DNA of 64,000 bases. It comes from Savitreella phatthalungensis. Taxonomy: Eukaryota. Made by a program: the position numbers and the translations under genes. The notes beneath the pieces were generated by a model. That model did not search any database, had not been told where the DNA came from, and saw nothing but the letters and a program-made list of their open reading frames with translations. Location of the stretch: contig AP039708.1 in assembly GCA_051599415.1 (NCBI GenBank), positions 124,001-188,000 on the forward strand. Direction: 5' to 3'. This document shows positions 1-11,697 of this stretch, in pieces. Each line of letters starts with the position of its first letter. Positions within the stretch are counted from its first letter, which is position 1.

Positions 1-2437
1 ACACTAGTCAGCTATCACCATGCATACTTTGAAGACTCGAACATTCTTCCAATGTCTCAAATGCACAAGCCAGGCTGATTCAGGTTTATACCAGCCAGCT
101 GTTCAGCCAGAAATTCAGCCAGCCGGATTTCTGTATCGGCTCTATTCTAGGTAAGAAGCCATTCACACGTTTACAAGAAATGGTAGCCCGCAGCAGTATC
201 AAAGTCAATAGTACTCGATTGAGCTCACAGGAAGCCACGATAGCTGACACGGGCACATTGCAGAAGAAAGCTGCTGATATTTCTGGCGTAGCTACCACAG
301 TAAGAGAAGCCTCATTGTAAACACACACGAATGAGAAATCCAGCTAAACAATTCGGTCCTCCCTACATACGCATCCACAATCTGCCCCTCATCCCCGTAG
401 CAGGCAACTTCTCCTCATTCGAAATTCCTGAATTCGAAATTCCTGATACTAATCTGACAGCTATGAGCAGAAATCAAAAAGAGATCGTCCTCGGCAATCC
501 ATGTCAGCTTGATGTATTGATAGTATGAGCGTGATCAGATTGGAGAATAACAGAAATGCGTATCTTTCGAGCAAGCGACAACCTCATTCTAACCTGAGAC
601 CGTGCACGAGAAGGATGGCTGGACACTTTACTTTCTCAAGCTTTTCCACCGGGGATCAAGCCATCAGTGGAGCAAGCAATCGGTGAATCAAGCCATCAGT
701 GAATGGTGGTGCTAGATCAAGAGAACGTATCACTCATGACACTAAGACAAAGGATTGAGTCTAGAGTAGGTCAAACACTGGCCACGCGTCCATTCCACGC
801 ATACACCCCACGCAACGACTTCATGAGACACTAAATGGCTACGATTCGATTCATGCAATTCTTCCTTTACAATCAATAGATCCATTTGATAGCAGTAGAA
901 AGTGGAAAAATAAATCGCTTCCTGAGCATGCGTCAGTCACACCACACGTTAAAGCAGATCAGTATGCAACCCTGTGTGTGTGGTGGCATGGCATGGCATA
1001 GCATGGCATAGCATCCTGGCGTAGCATGCACATTGATGCATCCCTCCCAGTACTTTTCGGCCTGATACGACCAACTCAAATGAGAGCACCAAGGTCTGTA
1101 TCGTAGAGGTCCATGCTACATATAGATTCTTATAAATGATTATACAGCATGTATCGATGAATGGACGCAGTGACATCAAAGGTATTCAAAGTAATACACC
1201 CAACACTGTGGCTGCCACGACAGATCAATTCCAGTCCCAGTCCGGCTGTATGAACACCCACGTTCCACCCTATTCATATGACATATGTGGCCCTAAGGAT
1301 GAAACTTGGTCTGCCTATATGATCTGTGAGAGGCCAATAGCACGCGTGCATTCGTGCAAAAGGACGTTCGATTGCGTGGATCAGCGCATGCGGGATTGCT
1401 CGTGTCTTTTGCACGCGTGAGTGGGATGCAACTCATCTGGCAGACACGTGCATCAACGTGATACACTGAAGCGTAGCCACGGTCCATCGCATCATACACG
1501 TATCGTCTAATCATCTTCAGAACCTCGCTGGAATGCACCGCGTCTGTCGGCAGAGACATGGACCACACGTGTATGTCCCTGGACCACCCCAAGGATATTC
1601 TGTGACCAGAGTCGCGCCACGGTCATAAAAGGCTAGCTGTCTCTGATAACGAGCACAAGCGATAAATTGTGCATCAAACTTGCTTAACCAGCACGGCCAT
1701 AGATCGAATCAAAGGTTGATCTGATCTGTCCGGAGCTTTGTATCAGCTAGCAATCCTTTCCACTCGCATGAGAGATGACAATGCAACCACCAAGCCCGGA
1801 TCGCGCGGCGTTGTGATCATAGAGAGGATATCACAGCACAAAGTCGTTCTATATGCACCAGAATGTTACAAACAAAGAAGGCTGAGACTGCCTCGTCCAG
1901 CTGCTGATAGGCTATAGCGAGTGCATCGGCATTCAACCACACTGTCCCCATGACACCTGCTGGACACCCGGAAGTTCCAGCCGCGTCAGGCAGCCATTCA
2001 GATAAGTGTAGTGGCCACAAGCATGACTGACATACGTGATCGATGTCTACAGGTCGAATGCACAAATTACCTGAGATTCATTTTAATGAGGATCCAGTTG
2101 AATTGGATTCGAATTGAGCTGCTGACCAGAAATGATGTCCATCACGTGCAACCCAGAATCTTATTCTGAAAGTGGCATGATCTTGGCATCCATCATTTGT
2201 CCGCAGGCGCTTATGAGCTCGTCTTACGCTTGCAGGTCACCACAACACCCCGCGAGACCTTCAAACGAGGTTCCGACGATCGCCTGAACATTGCAGACAA
2301 TCACTTACTCTCTATCATCCTTCACACGATTCTCAGTGCCCTTTTGAGGCTTCATTGAGTAGTGTGTAGTGTGAGCCGCAATTGCATCCACTTCAGCTTC
2401 TCTTGAAAGCATTGGAGTGCTCACTCCTCGCTGCTGA

Positions 2438-4576
2438 ATGGACACTATCAATCCAAGCTGGCTGGACGCTGGCAATGACTTTGAGTCTCTCCTTCGGGAT
2501 CTCTCTGGTGCGCGCTCAAATTCTACAGTCTCAGCGTCAGCCTCATCATCACTCAGTCCTGCGTCACACGGCGGCATCAACGAACCCTTCGACAATGATT
2601 GGCTAGACTGGGGAGCCGCTGTGCAGGAGCCGCTGTTTGACGGAGGCGCGAGTCCTTTGACTGGCGAGTCAGACGCACCCTTGGCGCTACCACAGCAGCT
2701 CGACCAGGACGAGGAGGAAGAAGATTCATCCATCGAGGACATTCCGCCGGACGTACTGGACGCGATTCTTGATTCGTCACGTGACAACAAAAAGCGCAAG
2801 CTCTCAAACACGGGCTCGCTCGGCAGTGATGAGCCTGACGATGAAGACATCTCCTCAGGACCAAACAGGCGCAAACCACATAAGACGTATGACGAGAACG
2901 GGAAGCCACAGAAGGTCTCCCACAATATCATTGAAAAGCGATACCGGTCGAACTTGAACGCACAAATCACAGAACTTCGTGACTGCGTACCCACGTTGCG
3001 TGCAGAGGCAATCAAGAATCCATCGATCAAGCACAACAAGGGCAAGATTATCTCTTCCGCAGCCACCTATATCCGGGAATTGGAGGACAAGATGAGGGAG
3101 GCAAGAGCGGACCAAGACAGAGCAGAGCACAGACTCGTTGCCCTGCATCGCCGTCTCGAACATGCAAAGGCAAAGCACAGTCGAGGCAAGGTCGCAAGAT
3201 TGGCTGTAGGAGGCCTCGCAGGGGTGGCTGCCATGTCTGGCATGCAATACGCCGGCGACCACGATACTCACGGTCTCGGTGCAGTGCCGTTGCCCCTGCC
3301 ACTAGCGAAGCGCTGGCTCGAACACGCTTCTATAACGTCCAACGGCTCTTTCCTGAAGATTGCCGCCGTGCTGGCCGTGCTTGGTCTCTTGGCGCTACTT
3401 TCGTTGCCACGGCGATCGCGCGACATCGATTCAGATGGAAAACAAGTTGCAGCAGCAGCGAGAACGACAGAGATATCCTCAACTCACCCTCTCGAGAGTC
3501 GTGGTCAGCTCGATACAGCAGAGCAGACACTAGCGATCGAAGATGGAGGTTTTGAGCTGAATCACCTATTCGAAGAGATTGTGAGGCTCGTACTACGTAC
3601 TGTCGGACTGTCGGATGCATCCTACCATAAAGACGCTCACCTGCTCGTTGCGCACGCGCAAGTTCTCGGCGCTTACGACACGCTCACCCGTACGCAGGTT
3701 CTTACCTCTGCTGTCGCTATGACAGGCCGAAATGCGCCTCAGGAACTACGGTCGATGCAGCTGGTCCTGCTACTGCACTGGCTCGCTCCTGCGTGGCTCG
3801 TGCGTCGCATCATCTCACTGTTCTGGTCGCCATCGACAGCGAAACTTCAGGGCCAAAGCGCAAGCGTGCGCGAGCTATTCACGAACGAAAAGATCTCCAC
3901 CATGCGGGCTGTAGCTCACGGACGTCGCGTGTCTGACGCCTTCGTCCGGTCGCGCGTCGTCCAAGCTCGCGACGCAGGTAGCCTGCTTGCTGCCATTACA
4001 CACGTCCAAACTATCCAGTCCGCGGCACGGCTGACTTTCACCTCCCTGCCTTTATCCAAGGAATCACAATCGCAACTAGCCTCAATCACTGCTACATGTG
4101 TCGACCAGTCCGATCCTGGATCGCTCATCAATCTCGACGCGCTTGCTCTGCAGGCTCTACTGAGAAAGGACTCGCTTGAGACGACTTTGGCGCAGGCGGC
4201 GAAGCACGCAGACAAGGTTGTCCCGACGCAAGCTGCGTGTTTCCTGGCAAGCATGTCACGTAAGTGCATTGAGGAGAAACGCACGCCGCAAGCGATCGAT
4301 GCGCTGATGAAGGTCCCTTCAATCCGCGTGCTCGACGATCTCGCCGCGGCGGCATTGCTCGACCTCGTCACGACCTTCATTACCTCCAAGATTCCATTGG
4401 ACGACCAAGTCGCTCAGCGACTGCACAAGATCACAGTAGCCGTCAAGCTCCATGCAGATGCATCTCTCAAGGGCAACAAACGTGATCAAATCGACGCAGT
4501 TTGTGTCGAGCACGTCAGACACCTGCTTGGACTCGACGGCGACAACGACAGTGGGTACGATTCTGCTAGCCAATGA
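2438..4576 (+). CDS. sre1: SREBP-family bHLH-zip membrane-bound transcription factor (Sre1/SrbA-like)
   Basis: 712-aa ORF. The bHLH KVSHNIIEKRYRSNLNAQITELRDCVP has the SREBP-diagnostic Tyr (EKRY). It is followed by a zipper, hydrophobic segments (LAVGGLAGVAAM; FLKIAAVLAVLGLLALLSL) and a long C-terminal domain. The N-terminus is acidic. Confidence 0.9.
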   Translation: MDTINPSWLDAGNDFESLLRDLSGARSNSTVSASASSSLSPASHGGINEPFDNDWLDWGAAVQEPLFDGGASPLTGESDAPLALPQQLDQDEEEEDSSIEDIPPDVLDAILDSSRDNKKRKLSNTGSLGSDEPDDEDISSGPNRRKPHKTYDENGKPQKVSHNIIEKRYRSNLNAQITELRDCVPTLRAEAIKNPSIKHNKGKIISSAATYIRELEDKMREARADQDRAEHRLVALHRRLEHAKAKHSRGKVARLAVGGLAGVAAMSGMQYAGDHDTHGLGAVPLPLPLAKRWLEHASITSNGSFLKIAAVLAVLGLLALLSLPRRSRDIDSDGKQVAAAARTTEISSTHPLESRGQLDTAEQTLAIEDGGFELNHLFEEIVRLVLRTVGLSDASYHKDAHLLVAHAQVLGAYDTLTRTQVLTSAVAMTGRNAPQELRSMQLVLLLHWLAPAWLVRRIISLFWSPSTAKLQGQSASVRELFTNEKISTMRAVAHGRRVSDAFVRSRVVQARDAGSLLAAITHVQTIQSAARLTFTSLPLSKESQSQLASITATCVDQSDPGSLINLDALALQALLRKDSLETTLAQAAKHADKVVPTQAACFLASMSRKCIEEKRTPQAIDALMKVPSIRVLDDLAAAALLDLVTTFITSKIPLDDQVAQRLHKITVAVKLHADASLKGNKRDQIDAVCVEHVRHLLGLDGDNDSGYDSASQ

Positions 4577-4834
4577 GTCTGTCCTAGTAGATATGACATG
4601 ATATGAACGACATCTATGAATAGGTATACCTTGCATTGTGAAGTGCAGTGTTGTCACACCTTTATCCTGCATGAACATGTGCAGTATTGCATCATTCAGG
4701 TTCCGAGCTTCCGCGTTCCGAGTTCCGTTCTGCGCCGGCCCCACGAAAACTCGGACTCAGTGACACCCATCCATCGCGACGCTCGATCTATAACATAGCG
4801 TCGTCTAACAGTTGCAAGCTACCATCTGGAGACG

Positions 4835-5677
4835 ATGTCTGTCTCTGGTCAGCAAGAGAAGCTGATCAATCGAAATCCTCATGGAGATTTTGATGCGGTC
4901 CAAGCCTCGCGGCAACCATACCAACGGCGTGATTTCCAACAATTCCAAACGCCCTCTCCCTCTTGGGCGCCTGGAACTGGTGCAAATACGACCAGTCCAG
5001 CGTCATCGTCCCCCCACGTTGCCATCGATCCGTACGCTGAAGGTCGTCCGGCAGTGTACAACTACAAGCTGCTGATTTCAGCCATGGTACCACGGCCGAT
5101 CGCTTTCCTCTCGACAGTGTCGAAGGATGGGCAGCGACGTAACCTCGCACCGTTCTCATACGCCAACATCATCAATCACGATCCGCCGCTGTTTGTGATT
5201 GGGATTGCAGGGAGCATGAAGGCGGCGAAAGACACACTCGCGAATCTGGCGTCTCAGGGGGAAGCTGTGCTAAACATTGTGTCTGACTCGTACGTGGAGG
5301 CGATGAATTACACGAGTATCGACGCTCCTTCGGACGTTAGCGAGTGGGATCTGACTGGGTTGACTCCAGTGGCATCGGATCACGTGAAGCCTGCACGCGT
5401 GGGTGAAGCCATCTTCGCGGCAGAGTGCAAGCTCGTCGAACCAGCCCGGGAATGGCGCAACCGCCAAGGCCAAGTCACAGGCGTCTCTGTCTTCCTCGAA
5501 GCATCTCTCTTCCACGCAAGGCAAGACGCAATCAACCAAGACCACAACCTCATCGATCCAGCAGTCCTCAGACCAGTAGGCAGACTAGGAGGCATCACCT
5601 ACGCCACCATCCAAGATGGATTCGAGCTCCTCAGACCTAGCTACGAGAAGGAAATCACGAGCAAGAGCATGCAGTAG
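4835..5677 (+). CDS. Flavin reductase-like / flavoredoxin-family FMN-binding protein
   Basis: Motifs YKLLISAMVPRPIAFLST, NLAPFSY, KDTLAN and RPVGRLGGITY are typical of the flavin-reductase-like (DIM6/NTAB) family. Confidence 0.85.
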   Translation: MSVSGQQEKLINRNPHGDFDAVQASRQPYQRRDFQQFQTPSPSWAPGTGANTTSPASSSPHVAIDPYAEGRPAVYNYKLLISAMVPRPIAFLSTVSKDGQRRNLAPFSYANIINHDPPLFVIGIAGSMKAAKDTLANLASQGEAVLNIVSDSYVEAMNYTSIDAPSDVSEWDLTGLTPVASDHVKPARVGEAIFAAECKLVEPAREWRNRQGQVTGVSVFLEASLFHARQDAINQDHNLIDPAVLRPVGRLGGITYATIQDGFELLRPSYEKEITSKSMQ

Positions 5678-6235
5678 ACAAGGGTTTCATCCTGCCTATC
5701 CTGACTGCATCCATGAAAAGAGCATCCGATCATGGCTGCGATGCAGAGCTGAGGACATGAGATACTCGTGTACAGTGTAGGTCACATCAGAGGAGCTGAT
5801 CTAATGGGTTTGCGAGGGGCAGTGTCTGTGCGAGGATAGATCTTGACAGGTCTCAAGTAGATATTTCTAAATCTGACTGTCTCTAGATTACAAAACAGGA
5901 TAATCCCCTTGTGCGAGTTGCAAAATGACCGAGTTCCATAATCAGCTGCAGATCCTCCGACTGAGACAACTACGCAACTTCCATACATCACCCTCTTATA
6001 TCAACCACAAGCACAGGCAATCATTCATACCAGGGGAACGCTACTCACAAGTCACAACCTACTAGATTGATCAGACGACTGTGAGTTGCGCAGGAATGTT
6101 GTCGATATATGAGCATGCAGTATAGTTCGAGTTGACGCTATCATCTTGCCGCAACGCCATTGCCAACTGGTCCAGTCGCATTCCGCAGGTGGTCTGAGTA
6201 GCGCACTTGGCTCTCGAGTCGCTTTCAAGCTGACG

Positions 6236-7516
6236 ATGTTCTTATTCTCGAGTGCGCGCAAGCAGGTAGCCCGCGATATGATGGCAGATCGTCATCGTCG
6301 TGAGGCTGGCGGCTCGCGCAGATCATCGCGATCGAATTCCGCAGCAGCCTTCACGCAATCGCTCGACGGCTATTCCGACGCCTTTTTCAACTGGGACATG
6401 CAGGAGCAACTCCGTGCAGCCTACTACGCGAATGCAGGCGACACAGAGCGCGCAGCCCTCGCCAAACCCTCTGCTGAAGCAAACCCTTCCACTGTACCTC
6501 CTAACATGCAGAATCCAGGACAATCACACCGTCCTCGACAGCGAGCCCAACCTTCGTTCGATGCTGCAGCACCTGGTGCCAGTAAGCGGCGTATCACCGA
6601 TCATGGGACGATTCGCCAACCGGGGCCCCCTGCAGAGACAGGCTCGAACATGGCTGCTCCGCCAGCGACAGCACCTGGATCTGTCCATACCGCTACAGCC
6701 AACACGCAAACAGACGCAGGTGCCCTGAATGCAAGCGGCAAGTCGCCAAGGCTGCCATCATCCTCCACGAGACTCGATGGACCTGCACTGAAGCGTGCTG
6801 GGAAGATGCACAAGCAGGCAGTCCTGGACGCCTGGGTCGCTTGCCAGCGATGTATGGTCGCACAAGAGCACTCGACACAGTCGCGCCTGCGGGAGGACAA
6901 GCTCGAGCGTGTGCGTCGGCAGCAGCGTGCCATGACATCGAACGCCAGCACCGCCACAGCCACCGACTCGTCAACCGCAGACTTCACAGCGCCAAGGACA
7001 CCTGTGGGCAGGCAGAGCGAAGTGAGCAGCAGCTTTGGCGCAAGCGCTTCCGACCCCGTCGCCCGCAAATCTCACAATATCATCGGCTGGAAGGGTCTAC
7101 TCGGCAAGAAATCTGCCCCACAAAAGGAATCCACCGCGCCTGCCTCCATCCACACTGGAGCAGGTGATCAAACAATAGAGTCCTCGACAACCTTCACCTA
7201 CGGCATCCGGTTTGAGGATCTCCCAGACGAGCGACCCAAACCACTGCCCTCCATAGATCCAGACCTGAGCGCGGCAGCCAGAGGACGAGATCTTCAACTC
7301 GATCTCGAGCATCTCGACCGTGCGTTCCGCAGAGCACTCCAGCTCCAAGCTCCACCTTCATCAGCATCCAAGAGCCACAGGTCGAGAACGCAGCAACAGC
7401 GTCAGCAGCAGAAGCACGAGAAAGCAGGAGATCCTTCAAGTCCGAGTCGAAAGAGACTAGCTCACCAGGCGAGTGCTCGAGGACCTTCCTTTGCAGCACT
7501 CGAAGCAGCAGTCTAG
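6236..7516 (+). CDS. Hypothetical low-complexity protein
   Basis: Long open frame (track 6146-7516; first ATG at 6236, alternatives 6278/6281). Ser/Ala/Pro-rich, no recognised domain. Confidence 0.6.
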   Translation: MFLFSSARKQVARDMMADRHRREAGGSRRSSRSNSAAAFTQSLDGYSDAFFNWDMQEQLRAAYYANAGDTERAALAKPSAEANPSTVPPNMQNPGQSHRPRQRAQPSFDAAAPGASKRRITDHGTIRQPGPPAETGSNMAAPPATAPGSVHTATANTQTDAGALNASGKSPRLPSSSTRLDGPALKRAGKMHKQAVLDAWVACQRCMVAQEHSTQSRLREDKLERVRRQQRAMTSNASTATATDSSTADFTAPRTPVGRQSEVSSSFGASASDPVARKSHNIIGWKGLLGKKSAPQKESTAPASIHTGAGDQTIESSTTFTYGIRFEDLPDERPKPLPSIDPDLSAAARGRDLQLDLEHLDRAFRRALQLQAPPSSASKSHRSRTQQQRQQQKHEKAGDPSSPSRKRLAHQASARGPSFAALEAAV

Positions 7517-8289
7517 CAGAAAAGTGAGCGAGTGAGAGAGAGTTGAAGACGATGGTAGTGTGTGGCGACTCCTCCCGCCAACGGTATTAGTAAATGTTTT
7601 GTATGAAGATTAATCAACTTTCTAATGAAGAACAATCAGAGAACAAAGGATTTCTTAGATCCCCACATTCTCAAATTAAATGTAATATTAGAATTTATTA
7701 AATTTGTAGTGTATTTGAGCATAAATTTCCCCACAAGATTCATCTGTGTAACCTCTCACACACGTACGCAAGCATTCATTCTTTCACCAGCCAACGCCAT
7801 TCAACATCCCCTATCACCCTCCTTTTACCAACGTCAACACCCATCAACTCCGCAACAAACATCATCAAGTCCTCCGGTCTCGACGTCTCTCCATCAGGAA
7901 CATCTTCCATCCCATTGCGCTCCCTCACATACCCTTGTAGACGTATCAGCGACTCTGCGCATCTCACAAGACAGCAGCATCATCGCTAGCTTACATCACA
8001 ACTCACTCGTTTAAACGACCTTCAGTCACCCGTCTAGACCGTCCCAAGCAAGTCGCCCATCACGGTACCGCCGCGCGAACGCCCACTCAAGTCTCTCCCG
8101 CGTTCAGCCACCAGCACAGGCGCACTAAACACACTCAAGAACCTCAGGACCAATAACGGCGGCAGTGGTGGTGGAGGCGGAGGAGGGGCTTTTCATCAGA
8201 GCGGGTCGGCGATCGCATCGCGCGCTGGCCCCGGCAACGGTTCACATTCAGGCTCACATACAGGTACAGGAACTGGCACTGGAGCAACC

Positions 8290-9483
8290 ATGGGTCGACG
8301 AAAGATCGAAATCAAGTACATCGCGGACGACCGCAATAGGAGTGTCACCTTCATCAAGCGCAAGAACGGCCTGTTCAAAAAGGCGTATGAGTTGTCTGTG
8401 CTGACTGGAGCGAAGGTGACCGTCCATGTCGAAGACATCAAGGAGCGCAGGTTCGACTACAAATCCGCCAACCATGGTGACGGTGGAACCGGCTTTGAAG
8501 GTCTAGACGGCGACGACGATGACTCAGCAGACGAAGACGATGCCGACAGTGATCCATTCCTTGATCTTGCACAAGCCGGTCCAGACAGTGGGCTTGCGCC
8601 TGGCACATTGAGCATGCCGCAAACGCCAGGCGCAGGAGCGCCGATTGCCATCAAGAACGAGCATGGCGGCGTTACCTCCGGCGCATCCACACCACGCAAG
8701 CCAGCGCACGTCCGAAGCCTCAGCAGCGCTCAACTCACAGTGTCTCCCTCACATGCACAATCGCAGCCCCAGCAACAACCCCAGCAACAACAATCACAGC
8801 TTGTCCCGCCACCACTCTCGCGCAGAAGTACAGGCCACCCCTACGCATCGCGCTCGCCCAATCCACAACAGATCCCGTCAGCAGTCTTTGCCAATGGTGC
8901 AGCACGTCCTATGAGTGTCGATCTAGCTGGTTATCCGTCTCGCAAGAGCCTCGAGCAGCAGACTGGACCAGGACCCAGATCAGGTGATCTCGCCCTGCTT
9001 CAACAACAGCAGCAGGCACAGCAGCAGCAGCAGCAACAACAACAACAGATCCTTTCCAGTCCAGGATCATCCTTCGCATTCGACACGTCAGACAACGCTA
9101 TCCCAGGTCAGCTTCCACGATACGGCAGCTCGACCAGCGTTCATTCAGTCCAGACTTCTGCTTCAGCAGCAGGAGGACCGATGCGGAACTCAATCTACAG
9201 CGTCGGTGGCTCAGCTCTACAATCGCGTCAGCAGTCATCCCTGCAAGTCTCCTCGCTCGAGCCGGCCTACGAGTACAGCGTCAACGGCGGACCAGACGAG
9301 ATGGACGAAACTAGAACCCAACCTTCGACACCAGGCAACTACGACTTTTCCACGGCACCATCGGCCAACCCTTCACTGACCCATATTCCACTTGACTATG
9401 ACATCGCAGGCAATCTCGCGGCAGCGCTAGCTGCCAATCCTACAGCAGCAGGGTCTCGCAGACTCAGCCCGAACAGTCAACCT

Positions 9484-9525
<42 letters not shown>

Positions 9526-9996
9526 GCGTTCGTCCCGTCTAATGGCTACCCCGACTACGAGGCGCAAGTCGAGGCGTACGTGCGCGGTAACGCGACTGCC
9601 ATGGACATTGATGGCATGTACGCGCAAGCATACGGCCATCCTCAACAGCAGCAGCAACTCCAGCAGCAGCAACGCTATCCCGCTGTCCGTGGTCGCAACG
9701 GGATTGGCGGCGCAAGTCATCTCGCTCCATCGCACGGCAACAGCTTCTACTCGTCAGCTAGTGGCGCCATGTCGACCCCAAATCTAGGATACTACCAGCA
9801 CAGCCAACCGACCTCTTTACAGCTCGCCTACGCTCAGCATCACCAGCAACAGCAGCAGCAGCAACAGCATGCGCAAGCCTATGCAGCTGCCATCGCCGCT
9901 CAGCAGCAATACCATCCTCACCCGCAGCCCCAGCAACAGCCAGGACCTCATGCCCCCGGTCCTGGATCAGGCGGAGGTCCCAGTCCAAGGAGATGA
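8290..9996 (+). CDS. MEF2-type MADS-box transcription factor (Rlm1/Mbx1-like)
   Basis: Begins MGRRKIEIKYIADDRNRSVTFIKRKNGLFKKAYELSVL. A MADS domain at the extreme N-terminus indicates the MEF2 type. The remainder is Gln-rich and disordered. Confidence 0.9.
9484..9525 (+). repeat. (CAG)13CAA coding microsatellite (polyQ)
   Basis: Uninterrupted CAG run read directly; encodes Q14 in the MADS protein. Confidence 0.9.
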
Positions 9997-10251
9997 ACTC
10001 TGTACCACTAGATCCTACTACTTAAGCACTAATAAGAGACACGTCCCCACAAATTCATCGTTTCGCCCCTCGAGCGTTGCTATCCTTCGAGTCAGTAGCT
10101 CACTCGACGTGACTCGTTTTTATTTATCTCTTCGGCAACTGCCTGGTGCCGTGCATTTCTTTACCCCACACTTTGTGCGCACCTCGGGCATCAATCTTCT
10201 CGTGCAAGGTCAAGACATACATCAAAGCAGTGTGAATAGAGCGATCGTTGT

Positions 10252-11355
10252 ATGCTACAGCTGTCACGACGCTTCTTCATCATGTCATCACGTCGAGCAG
10301 CACCTCCATCTTCAACATCGTCCGGCGGTCGTCCCGATGATGTCGCTCCCGGCGCTCCGGTCATCTCCCCGGCTGGCAGCTCCCTGACGTCGATCGCAGC
10401 CAAGCCAGCGTCAAAGCAAGACAAGCCACGGAAACCTCCAGCACCCATCCGCCCGTCAGCTTCACTCATCCTCCTATCGACCTTGCCCGCGGGAGAAAAG
10501 ACGGCAGACGGTTACGACTACAGGATCGTCATGGTCAGGCGGAACGACAAATCATCCTTCAAGAACGCCACAGTCTTCGCCGGCGGCAACCTCGACAAAG
10601 CGGACGGTGCTGTGACCTGGCCGTCGCTCATGGCGTCTCGGCGGTGTGCAGTGCGGGAGTGCTTCGAGGAGACTGGTATCTTGGTGTCGGCGGGCGAGAC
10701 GGAAGATGTGTTCGCGAAGGGGACCGGTGAGCGTCGTGCTTGGCGTGAGAAGGTGCACAGTCGTGCTGAGGCGTGGGAGGAGCTTGTGAGGGAGAAGGGG
10801 GTGAAGATCGACTACGAGAATACACTCGTCCACTACCACAACTGGATCACCCCAACCATCCTCCCGAAGCGTTACGACACACACTTCTTCCTCGCAGCCC
10901 TCCCGCGAACCCTCACCGCAAACGCACGACACGACGCCTCAGAGACACTCGCACTCACACACTACACCCCGACCGAAGCCATCGACGCTCACAGCAAAGA
11001 CGAAATCGTCCTTTTCGTCCCACAGCTCTACATCCTACACGACCTCGCACACCTCAAGTCGTGGCGCGAGGTCATGCAGCAGCGCCGCTCCGGAGGCTCC
11101 ACCCCAGAAGAGCAGGTCCTCGGGGATGGCAGAGGCTGGCTACCCATGATGCAGCCAAAACTAGGATGCTCCATCCTCCCAGGAGACAACGCCTACCCCG
11201 GCCACCCAACAAACCCGCACGCCCTCAACAGGAGCTACGTCAAGATGGGACCAGACGGTCTCAAACCGCTCAGAATCGTCAGAAAGGGAGTCAAGGGACT
11301 ACACGACTTTGACTCCAATCCAGCTGGACCCAATCACGAGCCAGCCAAGCTGTAG
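10252..11355 (+). CDS. Nudix hydrolase, NUDT19-like (acyl-CoA diphosphatase)
   Basis: Motifs RPSASLIL, VFAGGNLD, Nudix box AVRECFEETGI and WITP...KRYDTHFF. C-terminal AKL is a PTS1. Confidence 0.85.
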   Translation: MLQLSRRFFIMSSRRAAPPSSTSSGGRPDDVAPGAPVISPAGSSLTSIAAKPASKQDKPRKPPAPIRPSASLILLSTLPAGEKTADGYDYRIVMVRRNDKSSFKNATVFAGGNLDKADGAVTWPSLMASRRCAVRECFEETGILVSAGETEDVFAKGTGERRAWREKVHSRAEAWEELVREKGVKIDYENTLVHYHNWITPTILPKRYDTHFFLAALPRTLTANARHDASETLALTHYTPTEAIDAHSKDEIVLFVPQLYILHDLAHLKSWREVMQQRRSGGSTPEEQVLGDGRGWLPMMQPKLGCSILPGDNAYPGHPTNPHALNRSYVKMGPDGLKPLRIVRKGVKGLHDFDSNPAGPNHEPAKL

Positions 11356-11697
11356 ACTCTCCTCCCAACATTTCGGGTCACAGACCTATAGATCCCACCA
11401 GGCTTGTTCTGACAAGAGTGTGTCGGATGTGTGAGCATTTTAATCTGTGCATTATATCCTCAGTCAATTCTCTCGTGACCGTATTGGGCATGTAAAGAGT
11501 GGCGTGCCGAGCTAGGCAAGACAACAGAGTCACAGGCGCCCTGGTTCATTCCCGTCATCTCGTAGTGCTCCATCACTGCCCCGAAGGACTCGCAGCGGCC
11601 GTCACTGGTCCTCTCTTTGTCGTGTCTGTAGCGTTCATACTCCTCATCAACGATATTCATGACGACGCACGCACCTGACTCTTGAGCCTTCCTCATC

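Noticed and set aside
1..2300. Short ORFs at the window start
   Set aside because: No recognisable motifs; probably intergenic or the tail of a gene outside the window.
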